Source: Amoebophrya sp. A120 (lineage: Eukaryota > Protista > Dinoflagellata). From it: 64,000 bases of DNA. This document shows positions 37,545 to 49,354 of the stretch, in pieces. The translations under genes and the position numbers were made by a program. Within the stretch, counting starts at the first letter, position 1, and each line of letters starts with the position of its first letter. The stretch lies in assembly GCA_905178155.1 (NCBI GenBank), contig CAJINV010000013.1, positions 2,532,352-2,596,351 of the forward strand. Direction: 5' to 3'. The notes below the pieces were generated by a model, which did no database searches, was not told the origin of the DNA, and worked only from the letters and a program-made list of their open reading frames with translations.

Positions 37545-39139
37545 CAAGGAATCAAGTTGCTCAAATTCTTGGAATCACGTTGGTGACTGGAATCAAGTTA
37601 CATGGAATCAAGTTGGATCCTGGAATCAAGTTGACTGGAATCAAGTTGATTCCTGGAATCCCGTTGCGCGGAATGAAGTCGGAATGGAGTCGAGTCATTG
37701 CCAGAACAACATCTGCGTGAGAACTTTAGGGAGAAGGCTCGACACTTCCAAAGTCTGTCAACGAACTTCCCATGGGGCCCATTGCCGCAGACGACAGACA
37801 CAACTGAACCGCAAGCCGCGAACCCCCCGCCAAGAACCTCCATACGAGAAAGCGCCACGCCCCCCCGGCGGGAACCGGGTCCGGGTCCCCCGACAGGGAG
37901 AAGGTCCGGGTCCCCCGACAGGAAACGTTGTTCCGGGCCTCCCGCACAGGAAAATTGTAGGCCTCTCTGAGCCGCGGAAAGTTTCGGGCCGAGAGGCCAG
38001 CTAAGGTGCATCCGGGACCCTTGCATGAGAAACGGCAGGCCCCCCGAGGCGTGGGAAAGTTCAAGGCGAAGGCGAAACAGAGCCCAGGGCGCAGTATTTC
38101 TCTCTCTTGCCAGGAGCTCGACAACCCCAGGGCCGCCCCCCCGGCGTGCCAGTCCCTGCCTCCCGAAGGTGAAGAAAACTCTGGAGCCCCTGCCTCCCCG
38201 GCGCAAAGGCTGTAGACGTGCCCAACCCCTGTCTGCGGCAAAGTTGCGCGCTCCGAAACCGAATCCAAAACGCCTCGGCGAGCCCGGGCGCAGAAAAATT
38301 CTGAAGAGCCCGCGCCGCGCAGGAGGTGTAGGTGAGCTCGCGCCAGTCGGCACGCGATGGCGAAAGCTCCGCGCCAGCCAGGAAATAAAAACAACTGCGA
38401 CTTCCCCGAAAGGGAAGCAACGGACCTTCCGCAGGAAAAGATCCGCCAGAGCTTCCGAGACCGAGAAGTACAGGGCTGCCGAAGGTAAATAAGCTTCGGA
38501 GCCTCCGAAGGTCAAAGCTCCGGTGCTTCCGAAGGTAAAAACTCCGGATCTCCCGAAGGCGAAGGTGCCGAAGTGGAATCCTCGAGACACCTGCGCAGGA
38601 AGGCGAAGTGGAAGTGGAATCGCGAGAGATATGGTTCGTGATCTTCCGAGAGTGAGAAGGCGGAACGAGCATGGAACTCCGAGAGGGACGGACCTTCCGA
38701 GGGAAGGCGAAATGCAAAGGGAATCCCCCGAGACATACACCTTCCGAAGGAAGGACGCACAATGAAATGGAATCCCGGGAACGTCCGTCTAACGTTATTC
38801 GCCACGCGTCTATTGACCAGATACAGAAAACAAAGCCAGCAACCTGTGATAAACGTGGCCGCGTTTGAAACAAACAGAGCGAAGAACTTTAGGCACGAGG
38901 GTATGGCAGTCACAAAGCCTAGAAAGAGCGCCAGACTCTTCCAAGGTGAGGCAATACGAGGAGGAGGGCTGACGAGGATGAAGCTGTAATGGTTTATTTG
39001 ATTCCATTCAACTTGATTCCAGGAAGTAACTTGATTCCATGTAACGGGATTCCAGGTTCAACTTGATTCCAATTAACTTGATTCCAGGTTTAACTTGATT
39101 CCAAGTAACTTGATTCCATGATCTTAACTTGATTCCTTG
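37545..39139. mobile_element. Foldback-like element with TIRs built from GGAATCAAGTT tandem units
   Basis: (GGAATCAAGTT)n at ~37545-37690 and (AACTTGATTCC)n at ~38997-39139; perfect terminal 14-mer CAAGGAATCAAGTT; flanked by a ~60-bp imperfect direct repeat. Confidence 0.8.
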
Positions 39140-41793
39140 TTTTACCCTTTTTTTCGCCCCCACCCGAGGACGACGCCCCCTCTTTTTCGTCCTTCTTTTT
39201 TCCCGCCTCATTTTTCTCCTTGTTCTCGAGGCTTTTCTGCAGGGGTATCCCGTCATCCCAAGTCCATTTCAAAGGCTTACCACGGAACTATGGAGACAGA
39301 TTGGAAAAGGAAGCCACAATTTTTCGCACTATCGATGCATAATTCATTTATTTCTTGGCCGTCTCTGATATGCAGTTCTTCATCGACGTCTTCGTCTTCC
39401 GCAGCCTCCAAGTATCATGGTGATTGCTTTGCAAAGGGCCTCCAGGGCTATCACTTGGACGCATAGAAAAATCAACACAAAAATCTGTAGAAATGTACTG
39501 GACGAGATAGGATTGCAAAATGCCGTTCTTGAAGTGCGAGGCCAGTAGCTTTTCTATGCAAGCACCTCCATATTTTCCCACACAAATCGTATCGCTTGTC
39601 CATGCAGTCCCATATCATGCAGAAAATCGCAGCTAAGAGAGCATTTTTGTTCGCACGACGCACCACGACGTGGCGATCTTATTCATTCTCATCCTCAACA
39701 TGAAATTCTAGAGTTCATTTATTTGAGAAGAAAAATTAATGCCGCGTCGCTCTGTTACCTGCGCTTTTCTTCAGCATATGAAACATGATATTCTGGGCCC
39801 CCGTATTCAGTCAAAAAGCTAAAAGTGACTTCTTGATGTCAACATGCGCAGTGTTCGTGGCCATTGTAGTTTTTCAGCATACTAAGTAAGTAGGAATACT
39901 AAATAATCACCAGAACAAAGCTCATAAGGCCCGACTTCATGCCACTTCTCACTTGGTTGAGTATGACAAAAAGCCGCATGCTGACAAGAAGTGTAAATCG
40001 CTTTTTTTTCCGTACCCGTTACTGCACTTTGTCGCCGCCGTCACTTGATCATGCTGCCCACCGGGAATCTCGCAGGTTACCTTACAGAGAATTCGAGTTG
40101 CTGTTGTTTTTGCATCAGTCAGTAGGTAGTGTGATGGTTCGCATGCACAATTGTATCAAAGCGCGAGCCCCTGATCTCGTACCTCCTCCGTCTCGTCCTT
40201 GCCCAGGTGTAGGCATTGCTACATATCCAAGAAAAAAAAATGCCTCAGTCTCAAACCTTTCTTGTAGATGCATGAAAATCCTATTCGCTACGCGGAGCGA
40301 GCAAAACCTCTATACATAGAAAATGTTGCGTCAAACGCACTGGAAAACAGAACAAATATGAACTAATATAATGCCCTTCCTGCATTTCATTTAGCATGAC
40401 GAAAAATAAGTGTCTCAAGGTGAAGCAGAAAAAATGCCCGCAGTGCAAGTCGTAGAGACTGCAGGTTTTTTCTCATGATACTGTATCTGGCGCGGGCAAT
40501 CATGGCCCTGAGGTTCCACGACGAAGCTCGGCTATGCATTGCAAACATGTCTGGATCTCTCATGCATGCCCGACGGACTACTACTTACACCGCTTCAAAA
40601 ACATGTCATCCAACGTGCGAAAGACACAAAGATCTGTGATGCGCACCATGGAGTAGAGGTGTGGCGTTCTTTTTTGTTGTACTCACGCCGGTGTCCTTCT
40701 TGGATGTACGCATAGACTCCTGTCATAATGCCGTGAACAAGGGACGACCAGGACCACTTACTTCTCTGCCATCTTACAAAAAACAGCACGACCATCTTAT
40801 TTTTCCGACCCAGATCGAAATTTGCTGAATGCATACCAACACGTAGAAGCCGACACATAACACCAGGGTGAAAAAACACATCTCGCTGTAGGAGATCGGG
40901 GGGAGTTATCGCAGGAAAAAACTGCAGCTCCGTTGTGAACTTGCATTGCAGAGGACGAGCACGCAGCGAACTGTGTTGCTCCAATGCAAGCAAAGCCGTT
41001 CGTAACAGTATTTTTCGGCCCGTATCTATAGCATTTCAATTTCGTCTCAGAGATAAAATGCTATACGGGAAAATTCCGCGTGCTGACAGGGATTCTCTGT
41101 CACGCGAAATCAGTATCTGTATCAGGCAGACGCAGATGCTGCAGAGAAATAAAACATTTTTGTTTTAATACAGCGTCGAAGCAGAAGAAGTTTTTCCATA
41201 CGATAGAATGGGGTCCGTGGATCCGTGTTTCAGCAGCCGCATTTTCTCCCCGTGTGCTGCAAGCTATCCCAGAGAAAAAAGCTAGCATGGCATGTGGTTT
41301 ATACTGCGAAAGGGAAAAGAACTGCATGATGCGTCGTGGACGGCGGACCCATACTAGCCATAGCGTTGTTTTGTGTTCAGGCTAGAATGCAAGACGACAT
41401 GCTTTACTTTTGTTCTGTCTCTTGTTTACTTTTGTTCTGTCTCTTGTTACGCTAGCATAGTAAATGCTAGCGTCTCATCTTCTGTGTGATACGAGCCGCG
41501 ACTTGCCCTTGCTACCCCTGGAGGAGGCATTGCTGCCGCCGCTCTCGCTGCCTGCTTCCCCTGGACTCCCGCCGCCGCCGCCCACCCTTGCCTGTTGTGC
41601 GTCGCGGGGCATTTCTTGATCAGGTGGATTCAGGGTCGGAAGAAGAGGTTCTTCTTCAGCAAGAAACGACCGGCTGCGCAACAAGGATGTTGGTCTTACA
41701 AAGACAGCAGCGTCTTTATGTCCTATGGTGGAGGAAGTTCAACATCTTCATTTCCAATGGCACGAAGAGAGCAGGACCAGCTAAGCTACAGGA

Positions 41794-44700
41794 TCAGAAT
41801 CTACATTTCATTTCAACCTTTTGCTCATGCACAACGGCACCATCATAGTCATTCGCAAGTATGGTCGCTCAACGTGTATTGCTACGCTCACGACTCTCGT
41901 TTGTGTCAAGATCAGGAAGCAAGAAATGAGTACACAGTCGTACAAGTAGCTTCTCTGTTTGATTCCTTCTCGTTAACAGGACTAAAAAGCGCACATTCGC
42001 ATTCGGTGCGCACGCTGATCATGATTGAACAACGTCAACGTGAGCACCACCAACATACAAAGGTCCTTTTCGCCAAGAACCCCCAGCGACCCCACTACCC
42101 CGTGCTTCCGTGAGCAGCCAAGAACTTGCACAGAAGCAATTCTTCCTCGATATCGCAGTTTGAAATGAAGATCGAAGCGCACGGAGGTCTGGCTGTCTAG
42201 CGTTCTCAAAACTTGCCGTGCAATCCACAGCAAGCTGCCACTGTTCTCCTCGAGCTTTCCTAAGATCAAAGACAACTCCGCCTCGAGAGGCAGGAAGTAC
42301 TTCGTTTTCGATTTTCTGGTGTCATTATCATTTCTTCTTGTAGGTCGTGCAAATGATGGTGAAAGTGAATAAACCGAATTTGCATTTGTCAGACTCAAAG
42401 CAGGTGGACCAGTTCTACTAGTACCAGTCGGAGGAGCATCTTGATCTTCGTGGTCTCCGCGTCGCGTCGGATCCTCGGTTGAAGACGCGCTGCTGGTGCT
42501 GTTGTAAAAATCTTCACGGAGGTCCGCACTAGGATTCTCTACGTTTTTCTTTGTGCTGGCCGTCAAGTCGTGTTCTTGTTTTTGTTTTGCAGCTTCAGCT
42601 TCTGCTTCGTCTGGTGCCAAGAATATCTCCGTTTCTGTCCACCATTGGGAGAAGGGGAGAAGCCGACGTCCTCCCCCGCTTGGAGAAGATGTAGTATCAC
42701 GACTAGAAGGGCCGCTGCTAGCTTTAGTACTGCTTGGTTCAGCTGCACCAGTCGTGCTTGTGGTAGTAGATTTTTCCGGTGCATTTTTAACCACGGCATG
42801 ATCTCCCGCTCGCAGCTCGTCTGGGCGTCCGTCATTGTCGTCCACATACCGGAGTTTCCGCCACCGCAGCCCGCTCATGTAGTCCAGGGCGTTCTCGCCC
42901 ACCGGTCCACTCCCCGACTCGGCAAAACACTCCGGGCCCTGCTCGATGCGCGAAACGCGGTGCCCGTTGTCGCTGAAAATGCGGCGCTGCGTGCGCCGGG
43001 TGCCGTAGGACTTGTCCGTCCCTCGGATCTGCGGGTTGCAGATCAACCGGTAGTAGCTGCTCTGCTCGACGAATTTCACGTATTCGTAGCCCTTCTGCAC
43101 CCCATATATCGTGTGCAAATGTGCCTAGGGGGTAGGATATTTGCTTCGAAGCTCGAAGCTTTTAGCACAAAAGTCGAAAACTTGCGACGCAAAAAACGCG
43201 AGCTTGCGTGAAGGACCGAGCAGATTGAAATTTTTGCAAAAGGTCGGCAATTGTCGACCTTTTTCAAAAATTGCAATCTGCTCGGTCCTTCACGCAAATT
43301 CACATTTTTCTTTTACAGTTAAATCATTTCTTCTACGCCAGAAGCTGGTGTAGAAGCTGGCGAAGAAGTTGGTGTAGAAGTTGGTGTAGAAGCTGGCGAG
43401 TATATTTCTCAGCTTTTCCTACCCCCTAGGCACATTTGCACAGGATACCATATGGTAGGGGACAACTCCCCCCTGACTTGTTCGTACATCATGAAGAGCA
43501 ACAGAATGAATGATCCATGAAACAACAAGCAATACAAATGCTAGTTGTGAACTGAGCAGCATAGCAATTCCTCGCGCTAGTCGTTGTGCTTCTTACTATT
43601 CTTGCTTTTTTAGTACTTCCTTTGGGCATGTTGCACCGAATTTTCTCATGCCGGCGCAAGCAGAGCCAAAACGCAACGAACAAGTCAAAGTGAAGCAATG
43701 CAAGTCAAGTGGAATTGCTGATTTGCATAACAAGAAATTTAGGACCACGACGAGGGCGAGTTGTGAAAAAATCTCATACCGCGAACGCAATCGCACGAAT
43801 CGCGGTCTGCCGCGTAAACACCTCGATGCTGATGTAGTTTGGACGAAGCAACAGCGGGGTGGACTGCAGAATTTGCTGGAAGCAGGTGAGGTCCAGCCCT
43901 TCTAAATCGATTTTCACGGCGGTTTTGGTGGTTTCGGTTTGAGCTTGAGCTTGCTCTGACACTGCACGCATTTCTCTATCATGTTGGCCTCCTGGTGGTA
44001 TCTTCTGGCTGAGGCTTGTTCTGGTCACGTCAGCGACCGCTTGCTTGTTTCGATTTTGTCCACCTCGTGGTCCTTCTTGTCGAACTACACGGCTCTGCTC
44101 GTGTGTGGAAGTGGTCGACCGAGATGACATTATGCCGTCTTTTGTTGAGACAAATTTTTTATTGCGGCTTCTTTTCCGCACGATGCTTTCGTGGTACACT
44201 TCGCGGCAGGTTCTCGTGCGGTTGCCCGGGAGCGTAACCGCCCCGGTTGCGATTATTTCTTCTTGTTGGCCGGCACTACTAGCGAGATCCCCGTCATGTT
44301 CTCGTGGGTTTGAAGAAATTTGAGGCTGCAGAGACGCCACTTCAGCTCCGTCGTCCGCGTCTGCCGCCAGCACGTGCGACATCCAGTCCTCGTGGTGACT
44401 CGTTCGCGCTCGGAAGGTTTCGTTGTAGCTGGGGATGATGTGGAGCATGCGGGTCTCCAGCCGGCTTGGAAAGTACTTCCACTTCATGAAACGGCGCTGC
44501 AGGGTCTCCATCGGCTTGCGCCCGGCCTCCACCGCGATGACGAAGGAATTTGGAAAGGTCAGCGCGTGGCCCGCGTCCAAGCCGCCGGCCGCGCCGAGGT
44601 CCAAAAAGACGGTGCGTACTGTATTGCGGTTGATGTAGTAGTTCTCCCTCGTCGCAGGAGCTGGAGCAGACGTAGAAGAGCGCAATGTTCCTGCAGGCGT

Positions 44701-46656
44701 CGAGGACGCTGGTGGAACAGCTCCGCCGTGACTGCCCACTTCTACCCCCGCACTGTCAACAGCAGCAGGCGTATGATCTTCCTCGGACAGAATCCTTCGC
44801 AGCACTGGGCTGACACTGACGAGCAGCCAGTAGACATGCGCCCGGGTGATGCGGGTCAGGGCGTACAGTTCGGCCTCGGCCAAATCACACAGCGCCAGCA
44901 TGTCCAGCAGCTCCCACGCCGTCCGGTAAAAACGAAGAAGGTGCACGTCAAAGGGATTTGCGGCGATCTTTTGCTCGTCGGCTGTGGAGGTTCCTCGTCC
45001 TCGTTCTTCATCAAGTAGACCGATTTGTTTGTCATTCACATCTGGGTCTGCTAGAGCATCCACATCCTTGCGGTTTTCCCGGTTTTTGTTTTGTTGAAGT
45101 AGTTCATTACCAGCAGGAGCAAACAAAATGTTGCCCCAGTCGCTGTGCCCGAGAACGTGCGCGACGTCATTTGTAAAAACGGGGGCACTGCTTTCTTGTC
45201 CTGTTGGTGATGCGGTTTGTTCTGTTGCGTCCGGCCTCGTCTCGCGAAACAGAATGGTGTCCGGATACTCGTGGTAGATTTCGATTTGCGCAGCGCCGCG
45301 CCCGCCACCGTCAACATCTTCATGCGCAGGGGCGCGCTGCAGAGCTTTTTTTGTCGCTCGTCCTGGCTCCGTCGCGGCTCTTGTCGGTGGTCCTCTGTTT
45401 CTGTTCGCATACCACTGGTATTTCTGCTTCATCCGTCGCATCAAGTTTCTATCGTCGGCCAAAGCGGCTTCCTTCCGCTTTGTCACGATCCCGCTTACAG
45501 CGTGCTTGTACACGGTAGCCTCCTCTTTCTGACTTATGCATTGCAAAAGTATCGTAATCTAATCGTACGAGTACAATGGCATCACAAATGTTATTCAAGA
45601 CGAAAGGAAAGTCTGTCATGCTAGATCAGGTAGAAAGTCAGGTTCCTTGCCACGGATGACTGCAATTCTTCATACGAGCAGTACGATACTGTTGCAAAGG
45701 ATATGACTCAACGAGCGCCAACTTTCTCCCAAATCCCCGCTCTGTAAAAGCCACATGAGGTAGTAGTAGAGACGGACAATGGAAAGGAGAACGCAGTCGT
45801 GGAGCGGTTGTTGCAGTAGTTCATGTTGATCTAGCGCCTCCTCCGCGTCCTCGGAAGTATTTTTCTGCTTCGTACCATAATTCTCGCGAAGATGCTCCGC
45901 AAGCCCTGGCTGGTCGAAATCCCGCTGGGATGGCTGGAAAGAAACCTCGTTCCCCCGGTTGCCGGAAAACGCTTTCAGCTCCGGAAAACTCACCGACGCG
46001 AGCGGGCAATTCCGGAAGGTTTGGCGAATCTTGCTCATGGGGGCATACGTTGTCGCACTACCACTAGTACTGTCGGTTTTTTTAATTGTCGAGGTCGTGG
46101 GTGGCGACACTGTGCTTGCTGAACTTGAAAATGTCTTGGAAGTAGATGATGGCCCTGCGTGAAGATGAGCAGCAGCACTAGGTGATCCACCACCACCAGC
46201 AAGAACCAGCGGCACTTCCGCAGCGTGCATCAGATTGTAGAAACTGCAGCAGTATTCGAACGTCTGCGGGGGCGCGCTCCAGCAGTTTCCCGTGCCGACG
46301 GAATCAGAAATCGCGAAGCAGCAAAACCGCTCGAAGTACTGGCCAAGGAGGCCAAATTGGTTCTCCGGAAAGCAAGTGCCGACTTCGAACTTTGACATGG
46401 CACCTGGTGTAGTCCCGGCGGCCTGCACTTGGACAGGGAGCATCAGAAGCAGAGGCACAAAAATACTCGGAAGACGGAGAGCCTGCAGCTGCAAACAGAC
46501 GACAAATAGTCGCAACATCTTGTTCGACAATCGAGAGGAGATGACTGGGAGCAATCGAAAAAAACGAAGCGCTGTCATTTCGTTACGCGCAACAAGCGAT
46601 GCATGCTTCATGGGCTGCACATGATCCTTTTTTGTTCCAAATTGCTTCTTTTTCAT
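41794..46656 (-). CDS. FkbM-like methyltransferase domain protein with N-terminal hydrophobic and Cys-rich segments
   Basis: VFLDLGAAGG, VIAVEA, VKIDLEGLD, YISIE, GYEYVKFVEQ and SGPVGE. Joins SLS/QKEE (element 45535-45703) and AIAFA/VQKGY (composite element 43105-43778). The 3' end is approximate. Confidence 0.65.
43105..43778. mobile_element. Older TATG...CATA introner (TSD CCCCA/CCGCG) carrying a nested element
   Basis: With the inner element removed, the left end reads TATGGTAGGGGACAACTCCCCC and matches the right-end reverse complement TATGAGATTTTTTCACAACTCGCCC. Removing 679 nt in total is in frame. Confidence 0.7.
43107..43447. mobile_element. Nested TATS-ended element, TSD CCATA
   Basis: Perfect 26-bp TIR TGTGCAAATGTGCCTAGGGGGTAGGA at 43112-43137 / 43417-43442 inside TATC...GATA; CCATA at 43102-43106 and 43448-43452. 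Confidence 0.92.
45535..45703. mobile_element. TATS-ended introner, TSD TGACT
   Basis: TATGCATTGCAAAAGTATCGTA / TACGATACTGTTGCAAAGGATA; TGACT at 45530-45534 and 45704-45708. Removing 174 nt is in frame. Confidence 0.92.
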
Positions 46657-47572
46657 ACCACATAATCGTGGCCGCGGTCGCGGAAGATTCTATTGACAAC
46701 CGATGTATCCTTTACCGATCTTTTGACTGACGTAGTTCCAAATAAGCATAACCGAAATGATTGGCCAACTCTCCCTTTCGTGTAAGCAAAGGGGTCCGTC
46801 ATGAGGAGCCGCGCTCATTCCATCAACACAGACACAGGGTGTATCATTATTGTCCTTGCCAAGAGTTGCGCATGCCACATAGGAGCGAAGGTCTGGATTT
46901 CTCTGGCGATCTCCTTTATTTTGGAAACAGAACAGCACCAAGACCAACACAGGGATAGGGAAACAATGCTCAACATGTACATGCGTTTCGCGCAATTTTT
47001 TTTACCCGAAGACATGAACAAAAAAATTATAGTATTAGTATTCCAATCACCAACGTGAACATGCATCAACCAAACAAATAATCATAGTGTACACTTTTGA
47101 CAATGACATAACGGAAACTACAGAAGAGAAGAGAAGGCCCCGTCCTGGGGGCGTTGCTTCAAATGCAGCAAGTTGTTCCTTCTCTTGTCTACAAATCCAA
47201 AAACAAGTGGAAGTGAGTTTATGTTTAACTACTTAATCTTGTCCTTGTGCAATAAAAAGGAATGTGTCAGCTGCAGGGGCAGGGCAGGGCGAGTGTATTC
47301 CTCGCAAGTATAACAAGCCTGGCTGTGTTCTTCACCTCCTATCGAAGAAACCGATTCTTTACCAACATCCTGGTAACAGCAACGCAACAGATTCATTCGG
47401 AAATCCCAAAAAGTTACATGTTGCAAATAATTCGCAATAAGTACGGAGAACTGGAACTTCTTGATGGTGATCACGAAAAAGAGCTGCGAAAAGTATAGTT
47501 TACTTTTGGAATACGAATAATTGTAAAGTAAAAACTTTTTCCTCGTCGCTACATCACAAGAGATCAGTGTTC

Positions 47573-48100
47573 TATCCAAGAAAAAAACATTGTTAGTGTA
47601 GGATTCTCAAAAATCACCGAATTTTTTTTTGGTCGAAACAAAGAAAGTTTTCAGCTCGCTGCGGTCCGCCACCTTCGAACCTGTTATGATTTTGTATGAT
47701 GATTCTTAACTTGTCTAAATAGCTATAGGTTGCTTCGGTTCATTAAAACTAGTTAAGGAGGCAGGTCTCTTCGGTGGCGACGACGCGGGACGCGGACAAG
47801 CAGTGGTTCATGGGTGACCAGCCCTCTGGCCCCACCTGGTGGGGCCAGAAGCGTACATAGCGGTAGGTGTTGAAGCGAGCCGTCAGATTCCAGTGCAGTA
47901 TGCAGTGTCCTGCCTCCTTAACTAGCTAATACATGAGAAAACCGAAGCAGCCTATAGCTAGACTTTTCATCAGCATTCCAAAGCAGCAAATCTAAAGTAA
48001 TCCGGACTTACCTTTTTCAAAAAAAAAATCGACCTTCAGACCAAAAAAAAATTCGGTGATTTTTGAAAATCCTACACTAACAATGTTTTTTTCTTGGATA
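47573..48100. mobile_element. MITE with TATC...GATA ends, ~62-bp TIR and TSD TGTTC, outside any evident CDS
   Basis: TATCCAAGAAAAAAACATTGTTAGTGTAGGATT... and its reverse complement at ~48040-48100; TGTTC at 47568-47572 and 48101-48105. Confidence 0.92.
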
Positions 48101-48240
48101 TGTTCTAGTCATCGTCTACTATTTTTCTATTTCTTGTTCAACTACACAACATGAAATGACGTACCTTATGTGCGAACCGGTGCACACGACGTAGTGCACG
48201 AGCAATAGCGACAACTGTTACTGTTTAATGAATCGGCCCG

Positions 48241-49354
48241 TTAAACCCGTAATTTAAATTTGGGTTGTGGCCTTGATTCCTCTGGTTTCGGTAAAACTTT
48301 TCTCTGTCTCCCTCGGTCGACGTCTCTCGTATACGTTTCCGGCGAAGGCAATCCCAGGTTCTTTCGTCGCTGCTTTTCCTCCTCGTGATTTCTCCTGTTT
48401 ATCTCTTTCCACTTCCGCGCCTCTTCGCGGAGCCGTGCTTCTAGTTCCTTTTGCTTTTCTTCCTCATGTTTTTCTCGCAAACGCTTGTTGTCAGCAGTCT
48501 GTGTTCGCGGCGAGGACTGCGGAGTCTGGAACTGGACGTCGCACTCATCAGTATGATCAGAATCTTGATGGTTTCCCGCGTCGTAGTTTCCCGGTTCACT
48601 AAGATCATCCTGTTGTTCTTGTTCATGTTTGTTCCGTTTCTCACGGTGACCGCCGCGACTTTCGTTACTGTCCGTGTTGCTGCTCTTCTTGTCCCTAGCC
48701 CTAGGATGTGACTGTTCCTTCTTGTCCTTCCGACGCCCTGCCCCCTCATGTTGTCCGTTTGCATGTTCTCGTCCGGCGTGGTGCTTCCTTCGGTTTCGCC
48801 TTCCACCATTGTTCGTGTTCCTCGTCCCCTCGCGTGCTGCACCGCTCGTCGATCCTAACCGAGCTTCCATCTATGCAGAGGAGCCAATTCATTGTCTCTT
48901 GAGTTACCTCCTTTCGGCTACTAGTACTGTGTACTGAAAAAAAAATACCTCTGCGTGCGGGTCGTTTGTTTCCGGCGAGGCCACATTTTTACGATCAATT
49001 TCATACATACCTTGTTGCTCACAGAAAACTGCAGTTGTTGCATAGTGGCTAATCCTTTTCTTTGATTAGCGTCACATTGACAGCATCTGCATTGCACTTT
49101 ATTTACAAGCAGTTTTCATTGATTTCTTGTCGCTGTCGGACTTGTTTAGCGCATGACTACATCAGTAGTTTCAACGTCGCAGTTGTATAAAGACATGATT
49201 CTGCCCCCCGAAGAACTGTGTGATAACACGCAGAACGAAGATCCGAGAAGTAGAAGGTACGGGCGAAAAATCCGAACTGCTCCTCTACTTCTAATTCTTC
49301 CAGACGCATCAGCCGCAGCCCGTCCCCGCCGCTCCGCGCACTGGCCGAGGACAA
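48241..49354 (-). CDS. Hydrophilic charged protein of unknown function
   Basis: 209-aa ORF 48241-48870 (E/K/R-rich), with a possible upstream exon 49157-49354 that can join as LKLLM/EARLG. Confidence 0.4.

Noticed and set aside
40797-41039. PWCYV string reminiscent of a kringle domain
   Set aside because: The motif is too short and the rest of the cysteine pattern could not be assembled.
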